Below, piece by piece: positions 9,391 to 18,624 of a DNA stretch of 64,000 nt. This DNA comes from a virus (taxonomy: Duplodnaviria > Heunggongvirae > Uroviricota > Caudoviricetes): IMG/VR virus record IMGVR_UViG_3300018065_000012. One strand, 5' to 3'. The notes beneath the pieces are model-generated. The model was given only the letters and a program-made list of their open reading frames with translations, did not search any database and was not told the DNA's origin. The translations under genes were made by a program, and so were the position numbers. Position 1 is the stretch's first letter. Every line of letters starts with the position of its first letter.

Positions 9391-9556
9391 CAAAATTGAT
9401 AGAAAGATTTGCGGAAGCTGTAAAAATGTGTTCAAACTTCATCGTGGAGGCATGGAAATTGCCATTTCGTGTCCGGTGTTTGAAAAGCATTGTCCATATG
9501 CTCTTGAATTGTTGATGCTGAAAGAGAAAAGAGATGCTGAGCAAAGACATCTGTAA
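9380..9556 (+). CDS. Array unit (LEL type)
   Basis: DRKICGSC..HCPYALELLM. Confidence 0.75.
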   Translation: MDHDKIDRKICGSCKNVFKLHRGGMEIAISCPVFEKHCPYALELLMLKEKRDAEQRHL

Positions 9557-9845
9557 ACGCTGTTACGAACGGCAAGGTTATATTTGGGAAGTGTCGTGGA
9601 TCAGGGGAGTCAGATTTCCTCGACATCATGATGCTGAAAAATATTGGAAGAAAGAGAGTGCGGTCAAGTGTCCGTGTCGCCACAAAGATGACCCAGAAGG
9701 ATACAAGCCCATTGCAGGGAAATTTAGCATTGAAGGAAATCCACCAGAGCATTGCGTTTATGCTATGGAGCATATTATAGCTACAGGGCATTATGACCCC
9801 AAGTTGCCAATTGAGAATATACCACCAATGGAAGCAGAATGGTAA
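9534..9845 (+). CDS. Array unit
   Basis: MLSKDICKRC..PPEHCVYAMEHII. Confidence 0.85.
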   Translation: MLSKDICKRCYERQGYIWEVSWIRGVRFPRHHDAEKYWKKESAVKCPCRHKDDPEGYKPIAGKFSIEGNPPEHCVYAMEHIIATGHYDPKLPIENIPPMEAEW

Positions 9846-10171
9846 TGTACGACCCTTGGAAACAACACGAGTGTCATTATTGCAAAGAGAAGTTTCACGA
9901 CCTTCAAAAACATTATGACGAATGCGAAATCAGGCGCAAAGCCTATTGCGCGGAAGCATGTAAGAATTGTTTTGCGGAAAAGACAGTAATAAAACCGCAA
10001 ACAAAAGCTACAAAGGAAAGCTTGCTCTTTATACTTATTTGGAATCCAATGTTGCTTGGAATCCCTTACGGATGTCCGGCTTGTAATCATTTGACCAATT
10101 GGGAACCGCCAAAACATTGCGTGCTTTCAAAACGGTTTGTTCAAAAGCTTTTGGCTGAGAGAAAGAAATGA
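9839..10171 (+). CDS. Cys-rich hypothetical protein, possibly a divergent array relative
   Basis: CHYC..CKNC..CPAC..EPPKHC. Confidence 0.6.
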   Translation: MVMYDPWKQHECHYCKEKFHDLQKHYDECEIRRKAYCAEACKNCFAEKTVIKPQTKATKESLLFILIWNPMLLGIPYGCPACNHLTNWEPPKHCVLSKRFVQKLLAERKK

Positions 10172-10386
10172 CGTATCAAATACCAAAACAAGTTCATCTT
10201 GATTTGGACTTGTTGATTTGTTACAGCAAATGTAAGCGCAGTTTGAAAGTGCGGCCATTTTCAGGAGTGATTTGTGTTGAAGATTCTTCAACTTCTTATT
10301 ACATGGAATATGATGAGCCGTTTACAAACCCGCCAAAGTGGTGTCCATTTGTTCTCGAACATTTGTTGAGCAAACAAAATGGATAG
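10168..10386 (+). CDS. Array unit
   Basis: ICYSKC..PPKWCPFVLEHLL. Confidence 0.8.
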   Translation: MTYQIPKQVHLDLDLLICYSKCKRSLKVRPFSGVICVEDSSTSYYMEYDEPFTNPPKWCPFVLEHLLSKQNG

Positions 10387-10570
10387 ATGTTATTTTTGCG
10401 ATTGTGAATCTGAAAAGCAAGTATGCGGTTTTTGGTTATGCCCGCATTGTGAGAAGAAATACAGCGCGTCATACTTGAGGCGTTTGTATCATGCGCTTTG
10501 GCCTTGGAGATTCGATGCTGTTAAGTGTAGCTTCCTTTTGGAACACTTGATGGAGACTCAAAATGACTGA
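10379..10570 (+). CDS. Zinc-ribbon protein ending in the array C-terminal motif
   Basis: CYFC..CPHC..KCSFLLEHLMETQND. Confidence 0.7.
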   Translation: MDRCYFCDCESEKQVCGFWLCPHCEKKYSASYLRRLYHALWPWRFDAVKCSFLLEHLMETQND

Positions 10571-11441
10571 TAGAATGGACGCTACGGACATTGGCATGAA
10601 AAGGTTTCCATTGTCTAACAAAGGCGACTTGGACATCTGTTTCATAGGCGTGGGAGCTGCTTTTGCAAAGACGATGCACCAAACCAACTTTATCATCGTC
10701 AAAGGCAACAGGCATATCCTCGTTGATTTTGGGATGACTGGCCCTCGGGCGTTGCGAGAATCTGCTTTCCTTGACCCTTCTGACATTGAATTGCTGTTGC
10801 CAACTCATTCGCACGCAGACCACGTTGGGGGTATTGAATGTCTTGCGTTGATGAATCGTTACGTTGGCCGCAGGCATCTGAAGAAGCGCAAGCTACGTAT
10901 GATTGTCACTGAAGCGTATCAGAACACGCTTTGGGATCAAACGCTACGCGGTGGTCTTGAGTGGAACGAGATGGATGATAATTCCGGTCAGAAGTTGGAC
11001 TTCACCGACTTCTTCGACGTCATTCGTCCAACGTGGAAGAAGAAGCAACCACGCGAGATTTTTGAGGTTGAGATGGACACGGGTCTTGGTACAAAACTCA
11101 AGATTGAGCTTTTCCGCACGAAACATATTCCAGAACAATCTGGCTCGTGGGAAGAGTCATTCATCAGCTACGGGCTGTTTATTGATGACCGCATTTTCAT
11201 TTCAGGCGATACACGTTTTGACCCGGAACTCGTCGAGATGTATGGCGACAGGTCAGAAGCGATGTTTCATGATGTGCAGTTCTTTCCGGGAGCCGTACAC
11301 GCTCCGTTGGCTGATATCAAAACGTTGCCGGGAAAGTACAAGAGCAAGATGATGCTCATACATTACGCGGATAATTGGAAAGAACAAGACATCACAGACT
11401 TTGCGGGGTTTGCTCGCGAAGGACAAGCTTATAGGTTTTGA
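10563..11441 (+). CDS. apyc1: MBL-fold metallo-hydrolase, Apyc1-like (candidate anti-Pycsar cyclic-nucleotide phosphodiesterase)
   Basis: THSHADHVGG MBL motif, plus GxGxAFxK, LWxxxLxGGL, DTxFD, FHDxQFFxGxVHAxL and HYxDN blocks, which match my recollection of phage Apyc1. Confidence 0.75.
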   Translation: MTDRMDATDIGMKRFPLSNKGDLDICFIGVGAAFAKTMHQTNFIIVKGNRHILVDFGMTGPRALRESAFLDPSDIELLLPTHSHADHVGGIECLALMNRYVGRRHLKKRKLRMIVTEAYQNTLWDQTLRGGLEWNEMDDNSGQKLDFTDFFDVIRPTWKKKQPREIFEVEMDTGLGTKLKIELFRTKHIPEQSGSWEESFISYGLFIDDRIFISGDTRFDPELVEMYGDRSEAMFHDVQFFPGAVHAPLADIKTLPGKYKSKMMLIHYADNWKEQDITDFAGFAREGQAYRF

Positions 11442-11443
11442 AA

Positions 11444-11668
11444 ATGCTGAGTAAAGAAGTCTGTAAAAGATGTTTCAATGCTGAAAAGGAAATATTGCGA
11501 CATTGGAACGTCGAATATGACGAATTCAACTGGAAACACGGAAGCGTCAATTGCCGAGCCGCAATACACCGTTGGATAGGGGATGCAGGAGTCAGTATTC
11601 AAGGTAATCCACCGCCTGAATGCCCGTTTCCTTTGGAACATTTGTTGGATACGCAGGATGCTGAATAA
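11444..11668 (+). CDS. Array unit
   Basis: MLSKEVCKRC..PPPECPFPLEHLL. Confidence 0.85.
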   Translation: MLSKEVCKRCFNAEKEILRHWNVEYDEFNWKHGSVNCRAAIHRWIGDAGVSIQGNPPPECPFPLEHLLDTQDAE

Positions 11669-11864
11669 AGAGATTTGTATGCAATGTGTTGAGAAAAGCG
11701 AACATATGCTGCCTCCGGGTTGGCGCGGACTGGACGAAGAAATCTGGCGCAAGTGGAAGTCAGTGCGGTGCGATGCTGCGGGCGGGTGGTATGAATACAA
11801 AAAGAAGCCGCCAAAGAATTGCCCTTATCTCCTTGAGCATCTGATGAAAAGACAAAAATGCTGA
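11658..11864 (+). CDS. Array unit
   Basis: MLNKEICMQC..PPKNCPYLLEHLM. Confidence 0.85.
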   Translation: MLNKEICMQCVEKSEHMLPPGWRGLDEEIWRKWKSVRCDAAGGWYEYKKKPPKNCPYLLEHLMKRQKC

Positions 11865-12184
11865 GCATGAAAGTTTGTAGAAAATGCCGAGACTGCGATG
11901 ATGATTCAAGCGAGATGATTCATCGTTGGTTTCATTTTGGCCGGTCGCCCTGCGGGGACGACACATATGGGCCACCTAATGTGAAAGAGTGTGATTATCA
12001 TTTGGAGCATTTGATAGCTATGCAAAACATGTTTCCAAAATTTGAACTCAACAAAACGGTTTGTAAGAAATGTGAAGTCAAAGATTGCACTGTGTTCAAA
12101 TGGCCAACCAGCTTGAGGCCAGAGGTAATGCATGTGCTTTGTGATTATCATTTGGAGCATTTGGTGAGTGGAAATGTTAAGTAA
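11858..12184 (+). CDS. Two array units fused in one ORF
   Basis: KVCRKC..ECDYHLEHL, then NKTVCKKC..LCDYHLEHL. Confidence 0.8.
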   Translation: MLSMKVCRKCRDCDDDSSEMIHRWFHFGRSPCGDDTYGPPNVKECDYHLEHLIAMQNMFPKFELNKTVCKKCEVKDCTVFKWPTSLRPEVMHVLCDYHLEHLVSGNVK

Positions 12185-12383
12185 AAAGGTTTGCATAGCT
12201 TGTATCAAAAGGGGTCTTGGTTTTGATATTTCCACAGACAGCCTTGAAAAAGACTGTTACGAAGAATGGTGGTTAAAAACGCCCAAATGGTATTGCTATA
12301 TCTGCGAACGGTGGATTTTTCGGAAAGGAAAACCGCCGAAGGAATGCGAATACATTCTGGAGCACTTAGTAGATGTTAAGTAA
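12174..12383 (+). CDS. Array unit
   Basis: MLSKKVCIAC..PPKECEYILEHLV. Confidence 0.85.
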   Translation: MLSKKVCIACIKRGLGFDISTDSLEKDCYEEWWLKTPKWYCYICERWIFRKGKPPKECEYILEHLVDVK

Positions 12384-12603
12384 AGAGATTTGTAAACAAT
12401 GCTGCAACGAACAACAGCGACGTTCCAAAATTCGCAATTGGAACGTGTGGAGCAACAGCGATGAAACACGATGGGCAAACGGTGAAATCTATTGTCGGTT
12501 TTTCTTTTGGAAGATTCCGCTTACGTTCCATACAACAACGTCGTCGCCTAAACACTGCCCTTATCATCTTGAGCACTTGATGGAGTCGCAAGTTGTTGAG
12601 TAA
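12373..12603 (+). CDS. Array unit
   Basis: MLSKEICKQC..SPKHCPYHLEHLM. Confidence 0.85.
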   Translation: MLSKEICKQCCNEQQRRSKIRNWNVWSNSDETRWANGEIYCRFFFWKIPLTFHTTTSSPKHCPYHLEHLMESQVVE

Positions 12604-12853
12604 AGCGGTTTGTAAATATTGCCGCAGCAAATATAGCCCTGTTTGGAAGTGGCAGGCGTGTGATGATCTGAGTTGGCGTACTTTTGAAATGATCAGATGT
12701 CCAGAAATGAAGTTGAGGGGTGGCTTGTCAAACAACGGAACGTGGGCATGGCCAAAAACGCCCATTGACAAAATACCGGATGAGTGCCCTTATCATTTGG
12801 AGCACCTGATGGAAAACAGTCGGCCAAAGCCAAAGCGGATTGAACGATGCTAA
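12593..12853 (+). CDS. Array unit
   Basis: MLSKAVCKYC..IPDECPYHLEHLM. Confidence 0.85.
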   Translation: MLSKAVCKYCRSKYSPVWKWQACDDLSWRTFEMIRCPEMKLRGGLSNNGTWAWPKTPIDKIPDECPYHLEHLMENSRPKPKRIERC

Positions 12854-13047
12854 ACAAAAAGGCTTGTAAAACTTGTCGCGGAGATTTTTGGGATAAGCAC
12901 GACGAATATTGGTGGCAAACAGGCCACATGACTTGTCGGTATATTCCCAAAGGCAATTGTAACAATTTGATTGATATTGATAAGCCTCCGCCAGAGAAGT
13001 GCGAATACTGGCTGGAGCATTTCATGGAGAATCAAGGTGCTCAGTAA
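12847..13047 (+). CDS. Array unit
   Basis: MLNKKACKTC..PPEKCEYWLEHFM. Confidence 0.85.
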   Translation: MLNKKACKTCRGDFWDKHDEYWWQTGHMTCRYIPKGNCNNLIDIDKPPPEKCEYWLEHFMENQGAQ

Positions 13048-13243
13048 ACAAGTTTGCAAACATTGTAAGAATTCTACTGTTCATAATAAATATGGCGAAG
13101 CTTCTAACCGTATGTGGGTGTTTGATAAAATAGTTTGGTGTCCACTTAGAAAAAAAGGCGGTGCGCGACATACAGATGTTGAAAAACCTCCTCCAGAGTG
13201 GTGTCAATATCAACTTGAGCACTTGATGAAAACACAAAGATGA
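13037..13243 (+). CDS. Array unit
   Basis: GTG start; LSKQVCKHC..PPEWCQYQLEHLM. Confidence 0.8.
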   Translation: MLSKQVCKHCKNSTVHNKYGEASNRMWVFDKIVWCPLRKKGGARHTDVEKPPPEWCQYQLEHLMKTQR

Positions 13244-14094
13244 TTCCAGAGAAAGATAGAAAACGATTCTTATCAAAAGTCAAGCCTCAAGGGGAATGTT
13301 TGATCTGGACTGGGAGGCCCAATCACTTTTTCTTTCAAAGCGAAAGAGGGAACAGCGTAATCAGAAGACCAAGGAATGTTCTTTTTGAACTTGTAACAGG
13401 TAAAAAAATCAATAACAGAAAGTTTTTCATCACGTGTAAGAATTCAAATTGCATACGACCAGAGCATATGCGTTTTGGCAACGAAAATATTGAAAAAGAT
13501 TTTTGGGAAAAGGTTGAAAAGGAAAATGATTGTTGGGTTTGGACTGATAAGACGATGAGATTCATACGGATCGGGGGGAAAACTTCGCGCCCCAGCCGGA
13601 TTGCTTGGGAAATGTTGCGCGGCCCTATTCCAAAGAATTATATTCTGACACAGGTATGTGGGAACAAAAGATGTGTAAGGCCAGATCATTTGCTATGTTG
13701 TACACGGTCTGATTTCTTAAAGTTGTTTGTCCCTAACATTGGAGCGCCGAAGAAGCCAAGCACGAAAATGGAACGGCTGCAAAAATCAAAGTATAAACGC
13801 CTTTGTGAATCAGAAATCCGTGAAGTTTATGAGATGAGAAAAGCAGGAAAATCACAAAAGGAAATTGCTGATCATTTGAGCGTGACTGAAGCGGCTGTTA
13901 GTAGGTGGTGCAGAAAACTCGGTTTCAAAAAGCAAGATATCAAATTGACGCCAAGAAAAATGAGGACTATTCAGAAACACTGGCAGGCTGGAAAGACTGC
14001 CCGTTGGATTGCCAAACGGGTGAACCTTTCGAATTGCACGATCTATTTTGCGCTTAAAAAATTGAAAGCAGAAGGAAAGATCAGTGTTGAGTAA
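13240..14094 (+). CDS. HNH (His-Me finger) endonuclease-like protein, tandem domains plus C-terminal HTH
   Basis: CLIWTG..CKNSNCIRPEH and CWVWT..CGNKRCVRPDHL; SQKEIADHLSVTEAAVSRW HTH. Confidence 0.8.
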   Translation: MIPEKDRKRFLSKVKPQGECLIWTGRPNHFFFQSERGNSVIRRPRNVLFELVTGKKINNRKFFITCKNSNCIRPEHMRFGNENIEKDFWEKVEKENDCWVWTDKTMRFIRIGGKTSRPSRIAWEMLRGPIPKNYILTQVCGNKRCVRPDHLLCCTRSDFLKLFVPNIGAPKKPSTKMERLQKSKYKRLCESEIREVYEMRKAGKSQKEIADHLSVTEAAVSRWCRKLGFKKQDIKLTPRKMRTIQKHWQAGKTARWIAKRVNLSNCTIYFALKKLKAEGKISVE

Positions 14095-14365
14095 AAGCAT
14101 CTGTATCAAATGCCCGTGGGCGCGCACCAAAGGAAGCGAGTTGATACCAGACCATACCCCTGAGAAGTGGTTGAAAAAATTTGATCAGATGTGGGATCAT
14201 TCACATTGGGAAAAATCCAATCGTTTATCAGGATATACGGGTACCTTATGTAGCTATAGAATAAAAGAAAGCAGGCCCATTGGAACTGATTCAGAAATAC
14301 CTTGTTACTGCCCTTACGTTTTGGAGCACTTGATGACTCAGAAAGGAAGTTCAAATGGCGGCTAA
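14084..14365 (+). CDS. Array unit
   Basis: MLSKSICIKC..IPCYCPYVLEHLM. Confidence 0.85.
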   Translation: MLSKSICIKCPWARTKGSELIPDHTPEKWLKKFDQMWDHSHWEKSNRLSGYTGTLCSYRIKESRPIGTDSEIPCYCPYVLEHLMTQKGSSNGG

Positions 14366-14864
14366 GCGAAAACACTTTGTTGATTTCTTCAGTCCCGGAA
14401 CGTTTGCGGCTGAAGGTAGCAGACGATCAATTCCTTCTTGGGATACCGCAAAGGCAGTCAAGATAGCAAAAAAGATTAAAGAGCGTCATGGCGCAGTGCC
14501 ATATTGCTTTTGCTTTGTAACGTATATTTGCGCTGATCCAGTTTCAGACGGTGAAGGCGGCAAAATGGAAGTGAAGCCGAAAGAAGTTGAACGAAGTGGG
14601 ATGTATTATCTCACTGGTGAAATTTTGAAATACGATGACATCCCAGAAAATGAAGACAATCACATTTTGCGGTCAAATATGCGGTGTAATGATAATCCTG
14701 TTTCTGTTGTAAATACTAACTCGTACAAATGGACTGCGAATTTCAACAAGGATGATGTTATTGTGGACGACAAGGGGAAAGTCGTTCGTTGTGGTAGTGA
14801 TGACGACATCAGGAAGTATCGTGAACAGAAAATCAAGGAGTTCAAAGCAAGCTATGCTGAGTAA
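14355..14864 (+). CDS. Hypothetical protein
   Basis: 169-aa coupled ORF. Confidence 0.7.
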   Translation: MAAKRKHFVDFFSPGTFAAEGSRRSIPSWDTAKAVKIAKKIKERHGAVPYCFCFVTYICADPVSDGEGGKMEVKPKEVERSGMYYLTGEILKYDDIPENEDNHILRSNMRCNDNPVSVVNTNSYKWTANFNKDDVIVDDKGKVVRCGSDDDIRKYREQKIKEFKASYAE

Positions 14865-15042
14865 ATCAGTTTGCCAAAAGTGTGAAATGTTCAAGACCAA
14901 GTGTTTGAATTGTCAAAGGGACAACTGTTGGGCTTGTAAAGGAACAAGTCATACTCTTCAAAGGGATTTCGATGTTCCAAAGGGCTGTCCTTATGCGCTC
15001 GAACATCTCATGAAAACGCAAGCAAGCGGTGCGACAAAGTGA
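14854..15042 (+). CDS. Array unit
   Basis: MLSKSVCQKC..VPKGCPYALEHLM. Confidence 0.85.
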   Translation: MLSKSVCQKCEMFKTKCLNCQRDNCWACKGTSHTLQRDFDVPKGCPYALEHLMKTQASGATK

Positions 15043-15074
15043 TGAGCGAAAGGGTTTGTAAAAGTGCTGAGTAA
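15039..15074 (+). pseudogene. Array-unit remnant (N-terminus only)
   Basis: VMSERVCKSAE*, joined straight to the next junction. Confidence 0.6.
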
Positions 15075-15363
15075 AGAAATCTGTCAACGCTGCCAAAAAG
15101 ATGACTTCAAAAAATACAATTGGTATGTGCTAAACAGCGTTGAGTGCTCAAAAATAGGGGTATCTGTTCACATTCACGCGGATGTCCCAGACCAATGTCC
15201 CTTTCAGCTTGAGCATGTTCTAAAACGTCACAAATGGAGCAACGTGGATGCGTGGGCGGTAGAACAAGGATGTGCAATATTGTTTTATTTTTGTATTTTT
15301 GGATCGCTTATTGGGTCTGCAATTTTCGCAATTGTTGCGTTGATAGTGAGTAAGAACAACTAA
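15064..15363 (+). CDS. Array unit with a C-terminal TM helix
   Basis: MLSKEICQRC..VPDQCPFQLEHVL, then AILFYFCIFGSLIGSAIFAIVALIV. Confidence 0.8.
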   Translation: MLSKEICQRCQKDDFKKYNWYVLNSVECSKIGVSVHIHADVPDQCPFQLEHVLKRHKWSNVDAWAVEQGCAILFYFCIFGSLIGSAIFAIVALIVSKNN

Positions 15364-15375
15364 GGAGACAACTTC

Positions 15376-15558
15376 ATGGCATTTTATGCGATTCAGATTG
15401 ATGGAGAAAAGTATCTCGCTCATGACGAAAAGCTCAAGAACGCAGTTGATGATAAAGCGTGGGCCAGAACGTGGTCCACAAAAAGCGGTGCTGAAAAAGC
15501 AGTCGGGCGGTTGGCAGGAAAACTCAAAGGGAGCAAATTAAAAGCTGTGAGGGTATAA
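15376..15558 (+). CDS. Hypothetical protein
   Basis: AAGGAG RBS. Confidence 0.65.
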   Translation: MAFYAIQIDGEKYLAHDEKLKNAVDDKAWARTWSTKSGAEKAVGRLAGKLKGSKLKAVRV

Positions 15559-15863
15559 TGCTGAGTGAAGTGATTTGTATGCAATGTTTTGTGAGCCGGG
15601 GAAATCCAATTGAGGAACGTTCAGGCTATCGTAATTACGACGGAAAGAAATGGTGGTGCGGCTGGGAACGTGCATATCAGTGGGTTGTGAAGGATGATCC
15701 TGTTCCTGACTATTGCTCTTATCGTTTGGAGCATTTGGTGGAGACGCAAAATGAAAAATCGCCCGACGTCATTGGAAGCGGCAATATGGCAGTTGAAATT
15801 AGAAAAGCAAGCAGAAGAGTTCGCGAATCGCGTTTGGAAGAAAGTGAAAGAGATCAATGCTGA
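15558..15863 (+). CDS. Array unit
   Basis: MLSEVICMQC..VPDYCSYRLEHLV. Confidence 0.85.
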   Translation: MLSEVICMQCFVSRGNPIEERSGYRNYDGKKWWCGWERAYQWVVKDDPVPDYCSYRLEHLVETQNEKSPDVIGSGNMAVEIRKASRRVRESRLEESERDQC

Positions 15864-16045
15864 GAGAAAGAATAAGCAAAAGAGTTTGTGAAAGTTGTTC
15901 AAGACAAAACGTTGATGAACATTTCAAGGAGTGTTCGTATTATCGCGCTTACTGTCCGAAAATGAACACATGGTTCAATCGGGCAATTGTCCCGACGCGA
16001 TGTCCGTTCCGGCTCGAACATTTAATGGAAATGCAAAATGCTTAG
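15857..16045 (+). CDS. Array unit
   Basis: SKRVCESC..VPTRCPFRLEHLM. Confidence 0.85.
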   Translation: MLRERISKRVCESCSRQNVDEHFKECSYYRAYCPKMNTWFNRAIVPTRCPFRLEHLMEMQNA

Positions 16046-16205
16046 CGAAGAAGTTTGCGAAAAATGTAAGCATTACAGAGAGTGGAACGATCACGATAGT
16101 TGGTACTGTGTCGCTGGGCCGTGGTATTTGGTTAGTAAAGAGGAAAAACGCATGCCAAAAAATTGCCCTTATACTTTGGAACATTTAGTGGAAACGCAGG
16201 GATGA
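16038..16205 (+). CDS. Array unit
   Basis: MLSEEVCEKC..MPKNCPYTLEHLV; below ORF-track cutoff. Confidence 0.8.
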   Translation: MLSEEVCEKCKHYREWNDHDSWYCVAGPWYLVSKEEKRMPKNCPYTLEHLVETQG

Positions 16206-16390
16206 TAAAAGTCAATCAGAAAGTTTGCGCGTCTTGTAAATGGTGTAGCCATCGAAAAGCTTTTGGCTTCAATCTTGATTGGGGTTGCTTTCTGCCGCGT
16301 GACGGTTATATAAGATTCATGACAGAAGGCGATCGGATTCCTAAAGATTGCCCATTTCATTTAGAACACTTGATGGAAACACAATGCTGA
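16202..16390 (+). CDS. Array unit
   Basis: NQKVCASC..IPKDCPFHLEHLM. Confidence 0.85.
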   Translation: MIKVNQKVCASCKWCSHRKAFGFNLDWGCFLPRDGYIRFMTEGDRIPKDCPFHLEHLMETQC

Positions 16391-16611
16391 ATTATCTAAA
16401 TCACAATGCTTGCAAGGCGTGCTTTCAAGGGCGAGTCGATTTGGGAATTTGGTGCGCTGTCGGAAGCGACCCAAAAAGTTTGTCGCCAGATACATGCCCT
16501 TATTATTTGGAGCAGCTATTGACGTTGCAGAAACATTCCGAAGCTTGGATAGTTCCATATGATGGCCCTGCGTATCAGATAAAGGATTTGTTGAAAAGTG
16601 TTGCGAAATAA
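16384..16611 (+). CDS. Array unit
   Basis: NHNACKAC..SPDTCPYYLEQL. Confidence 0.8.
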   Translation: MLNYLNHNACKACFQGRVDLGIWCAVGSDPKSLSPDTCPYYLEQLLTLQKHSEAWIVPYDGPAYQIKDLLKSVAK

Positions 16612-16843
16612 GACCATCTGTCTAAAGCATTTCAAGCAAGCCAAGTTTCGGGGCAAATATGAGCTTGAAGATTTCAACAAGCTTTGGGACGAAGGGAAAG
16701 GTATTTGTTTCAAAGGTATTGCGTTAACCGTTGGACCAAAACAGAAGCGGAAATATAGCAATATTGAATTGTCATGGGTAACTGGCAATATTGAAGTTCC
16801 TGAAAAGTGCCCTTTCGTTCTCGAACATTTGATGGAAGCGTGA
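16598..16843 (+). CDS. Array unit
   Basis: NKTICLKH..VPEKCPFVLEHLM. Confidence 0.8.
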   Translation: MLRNKTICLKHFKQAKFRGKYELEDFNKLWDEGKGICFKGIALTVGPKQKRKYSNIELSWVTGNIEVPEKCPFVLEHLMEA

Positions 16844-17064
16844 TGTCGATAAACGTTGACGAAAAAGGTCAAGAGTGGGTTGAAATACAGGTTGAAATCT
16901 GCGAGCGTTGCCAAAAGAAGTGCTTGCTGTACGTGCTGAGTCAAGGGCAAAACATCATCGAGAGCTACGCGAGTAACTATGCAGATGGTCACGTGGAAAC
17001 AAGGTTGTATTTGAAGAATAAGCAATGTCCTTACGCGCTCGAACATTTGATGAAAAGTCAGTAA
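16843..17064 (+). CDS. Array unit
   Basis: EICERC..KQCPYALEHLM. Confidence 0.8.
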   Translation: MSINVDEKGQEWVEIQVEICERCQKKCLLYVLSQGQNIIESYASNYADGHVETRLYLKNKQCPYALEHLMKSQ

Positions 17065-17089
17065 ATTTTTCTCACTTCTTCTCAATAAA

Positions 17090-17127
17090 AACCGCAAAAA
17101 TCAAGATTTTTAGTTGTATAATTAACC
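17090..17127 (+). promoter_or_regulatory. Internal array promoter-like element
   Basis: GCAAAAATCAAG..TTGTATAATTAACC, shared with the 23225 and 28031 copies. Confidence 0.65.
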
Positions 17128-17169
17128 AGTGAAAATATGTTTTGAGGTCGTTTGTGCAAAGGGAAGGAA

Positions 17170-17418
<249 letters not shown>

Positions 17419-17424
17419 AAGAAA

Positions 17425-17697
17425 ATGTTGAGTAAAGAAATTTGTATCAAGTGCAGTAAAATGGTTTTTCAAAACCCGTGGAAAGAAGTTGCGGTGATGT
17501 GTATCAAGTCGGGCCGGTTGTTGAAAATATTTTATGACGACCCGCCAGATGATTGCGATTTCTTGCTTGAACATCTGATGGAAAATCAAGATAAGACACC
17601 GCCAGAAGTGAAAGTAAGTTCTCAAAAAACGCATCCGTTGTTTTCTCATCCGATCTTCTCAAAACGACGGCGCAGAAGAAGGCCCAATGTTAAGTGA
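17425..17697 (+). CDS. Array unit with an Arg-rich tail (paralogue of 20017-20286)
   Basis: MLSKEICIKC..PPDDCDFLLEHLM..KRRRRRR. Confidence 0.85.
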   Translation: MLSKEICIKCSKMVFQNPWKEVAVMCIKSGRLLKIFYDDPPDDCDFLLEHLMENQDKTPPEVKVSSQKTHPLFSHPIFSKRRRRRRPNVK

Positions 17698-17881
17698 AGT
17701 TGTTTGTAAACGATGCATGGACAGCGAGACAAAGCGTAGAAGGTACAAATGGCTTGCTTGCTTTCGCGTGCGGAAAGATTTTCCAGTGCTCAAGCCTTTT
17801 TACAGTTGTCCCGATCAAGAGATTCCATCGTGGTGCCCTTATGTTTTAGAGCATGTATTGGAAACCAAGAATGTTGAATAA
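17687..17881 (+). CDS. Array unit
   Basis: MLSEVVCKRC..IPSWCPYVLEHVL. Confidence 0.85.
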   Translation: MLSEVVCKRCMDSETKRRRYKWLACFRVRKDFPVLKPFYSCPDQEIPSWCPYVLEHVLETKNVE

Positions 17882-18062
17882 AGACATCTGTAAAAAATGC
17901 GTTGGAAAGCATTATCCAAAAGTGAGAGACATTGTGGATTCATGGGAAAATCCTCGCATCCTTTCGCCTTGTCCGTTTGGCGGGTGGATTCATCCGTTCT
18001 TGTCTGCTCCCAAATGGTGTCCCTTTGTTTTGGAACACTTAATGGAGTTGCAGAAACGTTGA
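17871..18062 (+). CDS. Array unit
   Basis: MLNKDICKKC..APKWCPFVLEHLM. Confidence 0.85.
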   Translation: MLNKDICKKCVGKHYPKVRDIVDSWENPRILSPCPFGGWIHPFLSAPKWCPFVLEHLMELQKR

Positions 18063-18259
18063 GTAAAGAAATCTGCAAGCGGTGTATAAATAGAAAGTGT
18101 TTGGCTATGAAATGGTCAGACCTCGACGATTTGCTTTGGTTGGAGGGAGTTGTGATTTGCGGAATGTACCCTATGTCGCACAGTCTGTGGCCGATAAAAT
18201 ACAAACCGCCTGCTAACTGTAATTTTGCTCTTGAGCATTTGTTGGATGTACAGAAATGA
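18056..18259 (+). CDS. Array unit (ACG or TTG start)
   Basis: TLSKEICKRC..PPANCNFALEHLL. Confidence 0.75.
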   Translation, partial: TLSKEICKRCINRKCLAMKWSDLDDLLWLEGVVICGMYPMSHSLWPIKYKPPANCNFALEHLLDVQK

Positions 18260-18624
18260 TAATCAGCCGGCTAAAAGAAAATCATAAAGGGCGAAGAGTT
18301 GTCTATACTCCCCATCATAACCTGATAGAGTTTGGACGGATTTCCTCATGGAATGAAAAATTTGTCTTTGTATACTATGACGTTGGCCTTCATACGCAAG
18401 CGACAAGCCCAGAGGATTTGATCATGCTTGACAAAGGGATTTGCAAAAAATGTTTTGACAACAGGGTGAACAGCAAAGAGATAAAACCGCCACCTTTGGA
18501 TTTCGACAAGCTTTGGGATAACGGATTAAGTTGGTGTCTCATGCTAAACGCAAGCGTGAACGCTGAAGTACCCAGACGATGCCCTTATGCTCTTGAGCAT
18601 TTAATGGAAACGCAAAATGATTGA
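18256..18624 (+). CDS. Unknown N-terminal domain fused in frame to an array unit
   Basis: Unit starts at internal ATG 18423: MLDKGICKKC..VPRRCPYALEHLM. Confidence 0.75.
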   Translation: MIISRLKENHKGRRVVYTPHHNLIEFGRISSWNEKFVFVYYDVGLHTQATSPEDLIMLDKGICKKCFDNRVNSKEIKPPPLDFDKLWDNGLSWCLMLNASVNAEVPRRCPYALEHLMETQND

